DNA of 55,762 bases from an uncultured Akkermansia sp. (GTDB lineage Bacteria; Verrucomicrobiota; Verrucomicrobiia; Opitutales; Opitutaceae): NCBI GenBank assembly GCA_964579225.1, contig CAZOGV010000001.1, positions 1 to 55,762 on the forward strand, given 5' to 3'. Shown here in pieces: positions 51,109 through 55,762 of this stretch (the first letter of the stretch is position 1; the number at the start of each line of letters is the position of its first letter). The notes below the pieces were generated by a model. It searched no databases and had not been told where the DNA came from. It worked only from the letters and a program-made list of their open reading frames with translations. Made by a program: the position numbers and the translations under genes.

Positions 51109-51588
51109 ATGCAATCGCGCGTTTACCTTGAAACGACCTTTGTCAGCTACCTGACCGCCCGACCATCGCGCGACATCGTTGCCGCCGGCATGCAGCAAAC
51201 CACTCAGGAATGGTGGAGCCTCCATGCGTCTGCCTACGCCCTATGCACCTCCTCTCTGGTTTGGGACGAAATCGGTCGGGGCTCACCCGAGGCGGTTGCC
51301 CTACGGCAGGCGGTTTTAAAGTCGGTGCCCCAGTTGGAGCTTTCGTCCGAGGTAGAGCGACTCGCTCAATTGCTGATTGAGAAAAAAGGCGTCCCGGCCA
51401 AGGCGGCGGAAGATGCCGTGCACATCGCCGTGGCCGCCGTTCACGCCATTCCCTTTATTCTCACTTGGAACTTCCGGCATATTGCCAATGCCAACCTGAT
51501 GGAGAAGCTCAGGGCAATATGCGCCGATGCGGGCCATTCCCTACCCACCATCTGCACCCCCGAACAACTCAAGCCCTTGAAACGATGA
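51109..51588 (+). CDS. PIN-domain (VapC-like) protein
   Basis: VYLETTFVSYLTARPSRD, S.LV.DE, DAVHIA.A, LTWNFRHIAN, ICTPEQL. Confidence 0.88.
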   Translation: MQSRVYLETTFVSYLTARPSRDIVAAGMQQTTQEWWSLHASAYALCTSSLVWDEIGRGSPEAVALRQAVLKSVPQLELSSEVERLAQLLIEKKGVPAKAAEDAVHIAVAAVHAIPFILTWNFRHIANANLMEKLRAICADAGHSLPTICTPEQLKPLKR

Positions 51589-51791
51589 AATCGCAATCCA
51601 CCGATGAGATCATGGCCGAAGTCCATGCCGCCAAAGACGCCCTTTCACGCGAGGCCAATTACGACGTGGCGCGCCTCATCGCCGCCTCCCGCGCCCGGGC
51701 GGGCGCGGCCCCCTCGCCGAAGCCCGCCACAAAGAAAAAACGCACCTTGAGGCGCAAACCCAAGGCCCCCTCCCTCGCCACCCGCCGCTGA
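51585..51791 (+). CDS. small PIN-coupled protein (putative antitoxin)
   Basis: ATGA overlap with the PIN stop. DEIMAEVHAAKD..S.E..YD with a basic tail. Confidence 0.78.
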   Translation: MKSQSTDEIMAEVHAAKDALSREANYDVARLIAASRARAGAAPSPKPATKKKRTLRRKPKAPSLATRR

Positions 51792-52033
51792 CTCGACACA
51801 TCGGGAGTAAACCCCAACTCAGCCGTTCCGCCATCAAGGAGCGGCGACACTCCTGTCGCCGAAATAATACCCGCCGTCCCCGCGACCGCCGCGCTCGCGC
51901 CTGAGCGCGCCCCGACTCGTCGGGGCTACCAGCTCTTACCAGCCTGCCCTAAGTTCACCCCGATAAGTCGGGGAAGCCTTCGGCGAAGCGAGGGCTCTAC
52001 TAGCTTACTAGCTCTCTTCCTCTTCTTCCAGCC

Positions 52034-53695
52034 ATGTCCCAATCCCCCGCCGACCTCAAAGCCCAGATCCTCCGCCTCACCCGCGAATACTCCGCCCTCG
52101 TGCACACCGGCCAACGCCCGGGCGACGACGCCGCGCACGCCCCCTGGGCCCCCGGCCAGACCATCCCCTACGCCGGGCGCGTATTCGATCAAGACGAAGT
52201 CGAAGCCGCCGTCGGCGCCACGCTCGACTTCTGGCTCACTCTCGGCCCCGAAGGCGAAGCCTTTGAGAAGGAACTCGCCGCCCTCCTCGGCGTAAAACAC
52301 AGCCTCCTCGTCAACTCCGGCTCCTCCGCCAACCTCGTCGCCTTCGCCGCCCTCACCACCCACAAACTTCCGACGCACAAACGCATCCTCCCCGGCGACG
52401 AAGTCATCACCGTCGCCGCCGGCTTCCCCACCACAGTCTCCCCCATCATCCAACTTGGCGCGGTCGCCGTGTTCATCGACAACGATCCCGCCACCGGAAA
52501 CATCCGCCCCGAGCAGCTCGAATCCGCCTACTCCCCCGGCAAGACCAAGGCCGTCATGATCGCCCACGCCCTGGGCAACCCCTTCGACATCGCCGCCGTG
52601 CTCGAGTTCTGCCGCCGCCACGACCTCTGGCTCGTCGAGGATAATTGCGACGCCCTCGGCTGCACCTATTCGCTCCCCGTCGAGCGAGCCAAGGCCCTCG
52701 GCCTTGATCACCTGCTTAAGCAATGTAGCCCCGACGGCTCGTCGGGGTCCGAAAATAACCCGACCAACGGTCGGGCCTACAAAGTCCCCTTTATCAAAAA
52801 CGATATCCTCACCGCTTATACGGGGACTTTCGGCGACATCTCCACCCAGTCCTTCTACCCTCCCCACCACCTCACCATGGGCGAAGGCGGCGCGGTCAAC
52901 ATCATCAGCCGCCCCCCGCTAAAGACCTACGCCGAAAGCTTCCGCGACTGGGGCCGCGATTGCTGGTGCGCCTCCGGCAAGGACGATACCTGCGGCAAAC
53001 GCTTCGGCTGGCAGCTCGGCGAACTCCCCAAAGGCTACGATCACAAATACATCTACAGCCACCTCGGCTTTAACCTCAAACCCCTCGACCCCCAGGCCGC
53101 CATCGGCCGCCAGCAACTCAAAAAACTCCCCGCCTTCATCGAAGCGCGAAAGCAAAACTGGGAAACCCTCCGCGTCGGCCTCGCCGACCTCGAAGACGTC
53201 TTCGAGTTCACCCTCCCCACGCACGCCACGCGCTGGGTGCCCCCCGCCGAACGTAGCGGAAGCGCGGACGCGCTTTCGGGTAGCGAAACGGCGGAAGCCG
53301 TTTCGGGCTCCAAAGATCGAAACGAGTCCCTCGTTCCGCTACCATTCGCGGACTGCTTCGAATGGGACGCCACCGGCTGCCGCACCGACGCCTCCTGGTT
53401 CGGCTTCATGCTACGCGTCAAACCCGGCGCACCCTTCAGCCACACCGACCTCGCCCGCCACTTGGACGAAAAGAAAATCGGCAACCGCATGTTCTTTGGC
53501 GGCAACCTCCTTCGCCAACCCGTCTTTGTGCAGCTAAAGAAAGATCGCCCCGACGCCTTCCGCGTGGTCGGCGAGATGACCGGCGCCGACGAGATCATGC
53601 ACGGCGCCATCTTCCTCGGCACCTACCCCGGCCTCACGCCGGAGATGCTCCAATACGAGATCGAGACCATCCGCGCCTTCGTGCGGTCACGATAG
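52034..53695 (+). CDS. rfbH: CDP-4-keto-6-deoxyglucose 3-dehydratase E1 (with in-frame palindromic inserts)
   Basis: LDFWLTLG, VNSGSSANL, EDNCDALG, SFYPPHH.TMGEGG (His in place of Lys), RDWGRDCWC, YDHKY. Confidence 0.95.
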   Translation: MSQSPADLKAQILRLTREYSALVHTGQRPGDDAAHAPWAPGQTIPYAGRVFDQDEVEAAVGATLDFWLTLGPEGEAFEKELAALLGVKHSLLVNSGSSANLVAFAALTTHKLPTHKRILPGDEVITVAAGFPTTVSPIIQLGAVAVFIDNDPATGNIRPEQLESAYSPGKTKAVMIAHALGNPFDIAAVLEFCRRHDLWLVEDNCDALGCTYSLPVERAKALGLDHLLKQCSPDGSSGSENNPTNGRAYKVPFIKNDILTAYTGTFGDISTQSFYPPHHLTMGEGGAVNIISRPPLKTYAESFRDWGRDCWCASGKDDTCGKRFGWQLGELPKGYDHKYIYSHLGFNLKPLDPQAAIGRQQLKKLPAFIEARKQNWETLRVGLADLEDVFEFTLPTHATRWVPPAERSGSADALSGSETAEAVSGSKDRNESLVPLPFADCFEWDATGCRTDASWFGFMLRVKPGAPFSHTDLARHLDEKKIGNRMFFGGNLLRQPVFVQLKKDRPDAFRVVGEMTGADEIMHGAIFLGTYPGLTPEMLQYEIETIRAFVRSR

Positions 53696-53768
53696 GGCGC
53701 GGACTCCGATCCGACCCTGGAGTGCGGCGGCTTGACGCCGCTTTCGACGGCGCGGCTCGACGCGCCGC
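53654..53768 (+). repeat. rfbH 3' end plus downstream REP-like tract, copy 1
   Basis: A diverged direct repeat lies at 54982-55145. Confidence 0.85.
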
Positions 53769-53825
53769 CAGCCTACCACCAAAGTCTCCCGGCGCGTCAG
53801 AGTTCACCCACTCCTCAACCGCAAA

Positions 53826-54290
53826 ATGAACCCCCGCGTTTACATCGAGACCACGGTGGTCAGCTATTTGACCGCACGGCCCACGCGGAACGCATTGCAG
53901 GAAGGCCGCCGCCAATTGACGGTCGATTGGTGGGCGAAAAGAAGATCGGCGTTTGACGCCACCATTTCACCTTTGGTTTACGCCGAAGCTGCCAGGGGAG
54001 ACGCCAAGGCGGCTACGGCGCGTGTGGCTGCGTTAAAGAATTTACCCATGTTGACGCTCGATGAACGCGCTCGATTTCTTGCCCGTTCGCTCATCGCCCC
54101 CGGGGCTATTCCAGTAAAAGCGACCGACGATGCCGCGCACATTGCGATATGCGCCGTCAACTCGATCCCCTATTTGCTTACCTGGAACTTTAAACACATC
54201 GCCAATGCGGAGATTCGTTTGAAACTCGATTATCTCTGCTCCATTAACGGATATAAACTACCTGTAATTTGCACACCGGAAGAGCTATGA
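53826..54290 (+). CDS. PIN-domain (VapC-like) protein
   Basis: VYIETTVVSYLTARP, DAAHIA, LTWNFKHIAN, ICTPEEL. Paralog of 51109-51588. Confidence 0.88.
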   Translation: MNPRVYIETTVVSYLTARPTRNALQEGRRQLTVDWWAKRRSAFDATISPLVYAEAARGDAKAATARVAALKNLPMLTLDERARFLARSLIAPGAIPVKATDDAAHIAICAVNSIPYLLTWNFKHIANAEIRLKLDYLCSINGYKLPVICTPEEL

Positions 54291-54520
54291 AAACGATGCC
54301 ATTCGACCCGATTCTTACCGAGATGCACGCCATCAAGGATGCCATTTCCGCTGAGTGCGACCACGATGTGGACAAGCTGTTTGATCGCCTTGGCGCGCTA
54401 GAACGCAATACCGATGCAATCGGCAAGAGCTCCGGCCAGAATCCGGCTCGAAAGGTAAAGAAACATCGGCGCAAAGCAGGCCTCCCACGACGCAGCTTGG
54501 GGGTAAAAATTTCCGGATAA
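54287..54520 (+). CDS. small PIN-coupled protein (putative antitoxin)
   Basis: ATGA overlap. DPILTEMHAIKDAISAECDHD. Confidence 0.78.
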   Translation: MKTMPFDPILTEMHAIKDAISAECDHDVDKLFDRLGALERNTDAIGKSSGQNPARKVKKHRRKAGLPRRSLGVKISG

Positions 54521-54722
54521 CCGCCCCGATCCCCGCAAAGAGCGGCGATACTCCTGTCGCCGGCAAATCAACCGGTCGCCCCGACTCGTCGGGGTTCGTC
54601 CTCCGGCTTCCCCTGCCCTCTTCCGACTCTACCAGCTCTCCCGGCCCCCCCCCAACCCCCATTGCGCCTCCCATTCTGGAGGGCGCGGCTCCGTCCGCGC
54701 CGCATCGCACTCCCAAAGAACT

Positions 54723-54950
54723 ATGAAAACCAAAGAGATAGATACCGTCATGGCGGAGATGCATGCCATCAAAGACGCCAACTCCGCCCGCTTTGGACAT
54801 GACCTGAAACGCATGTTTTCCCATTGGTCTGAATTGCAAAAAGGACCCGTGGCCATCGCAACCGCGCCGGTTCGAAAACGCCAAGGCAAGACACGTCCCG
54901 CGGCAGCAAAAGGCCGGGGCCGAGCGACCAAGAAATCGACCCACGCATGA
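54723..54950 (+). CDS. small protein, orphan paralog of the PIN partner
   Basis: DTVMAEMHAIKDANSARFGHD with a basic tail. Confidence 0.75.
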   Translation: MKTKEIDTVMAEMHAIKDANSARFGHDLKRMFSHWSELQKGPVAIATAPVRKRQGKTRPAAAKGRGRATKKSTHA

Positions 54951-54981
54951 TCGGCGACCGGATTTTTTAAGCCAAGAAGCC

Positions 54982-55145
54982 TACGAGATCGATGTGATCC
55001 GCGCCTTCGTGCGCTCGCGGTAGCCAGGTAGGGCGCGGACTCCGCTCCGCTCCGTTCCGACTCTGGAGTGCGGAGGCTTGACGCCCTACTTCGCTAAAGC
55101 TCCGAAGGGCGCAGCCGCTTTCGACAGCGCGGCTCGACGCGCCGC
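54982..55145 (+). repeat. rfbH 3' end plus downstream tract, copy 2, with a 28-bp insertion
   Basis: Encodes YEIDVIRAFVRSR* versus YEIETIRAFVRSR* in rfbH. Confidence 0.85.
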
Positions 55146-55248
55146 AATCCCCCCCACGCTTCCCCCAAATTCACCCCGCCCCGCTCGCGCCTCAGCGCGC
55201 CCCGACTTGTCGGGGTTACCAGCTTACTAGCTTCCTTCCCCACCCCCC

Positions 55249-55365
55249 ATGATCCTCCTCACTGGTGCCACCGGCTTTATCGGCCGACACGTGCTCAGCC
55301 AGCTCCTCGAACGAGACGAGCAACCCTCAGACACCGATAGTAAAAGTGAATTCTTCAATGATTAA
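55249..55365 (+). pseudogene. N-terminal remnant of an NAD-dependent epimerase/dehydratase
   Basis: MILLTGATGFIGRHVLSQLLER (GxxGxxG), then unrelated AT-rich sequence and a stop after 38 codons. Confidence 0.8.
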
Positions 55366-55388
55366 AATCAGTGCCATTTTAGCAAATC

Positions 55389-55762
55389 ATGCTCTTTAGT
55401 TCACTGGGGTTTATTTTTCTGTTTCTACCATTCGCCTTCATCGTTAACGAGGCCGGGCGGTTGAGTGGGCGTTTGCAGCTGCAATATTGGCTTATCACTG
55501 CAGTATCACTCTTCTTTTACGCATACTGGGAAGTTGGCTATCTCCCCTTAATCATTGGCTCAGTTATCCTAAACTATCAGGTGGGCAGGTTTCTGCAAAC
55601 GCCTCACGCACGGGAAAATTCACACAAGTTAGCACTGATTATAGGCCTACTCCTGAATCTATGCCTGCTGGGCTATTTCAAATACGCTTATTTCCTTTCT
55701 ACTGTTGCGAATGACGTAATTGGCGAAGAACGCCATGACAGCGCCCCAGTACAGCGCTGGGC
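55389..55762 (+). CDS. MBOAT O-acyltransferase, AlgI/DltB-like (3'-truncated by window edge)
   Basis: Not in the ORF track. Translates as MLFSSLGFIFLFLP...SLFFYAYW...SVILNY...NLCLLGYFKY and is open to the end of the window. Confidence 0.88.
   Translation, partial: MLFSSLGFIFLFLPFAFIVNEAGRLSGRLQLQYWLITAVSLFFYAYWEVGYLPLIIGSVILNYQVGRFLQTPHARENSHKLALIIGLLLNLCLLGYFKYAYFLSTVANDVIGEERHDSAPVQRW

Noticed and set aside
55487-55714. 75-aa ORF in the track
   Set aside because: It is an alternative frame inside the MBOAT gene starting at 55389.

Overview
GC-rich bacterial chromosome segment, most likely Verrucomicrobiota (Opitutaceae-like). This is inferred from a PVC-restricted Minf_1886-type gene, rpsP-trmD-rplS without rimM and the general gene set. 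Bases 1-41.5 kb are mostly housekeeping: CNT transporter, HDAC-family, ExeA/GspB pair, tkt, rpsP-trmD-rplS, ychF, M16 peptidase, Fur-like, SOD, a VWA/DUF4139/two-component operon, DUF4914, ldhA-like, gatCAB, rpmI-rplT-pheS-pheT and three tRNAs. From 41.6 kb to the end is a surface-polysaccharide locus (O-antigen ligase-like, rfbF, rfbG, rfbH, AlgI-like MBOAT) interleaved with small conflict-type cargo: PIN toxin pairs, a PolyVal-type kinase, a nucleotidyltransferase and gene fragments. The most unusual layer is non-coding. (i) An element with inverted heptamer-repeat arms carries a four-helix-bundle (23S-IVS/bAvd-like) gene between pheS and pheT, and recurs empty between gatA and gatB, both times ending 9 nt before the downstream ATG. 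(ii) A 10-copy array of a 21-bp palindrome has ABC-repeating spacers. (iii) Many REP-like families are present, four copies lying in-frame inside rfbG/rfbH and several nested in one another. (iv) A diverged second copy of the rfbH 3' end brackets a PIN module. All family assignments are from motif recognition by eye, with no database search.
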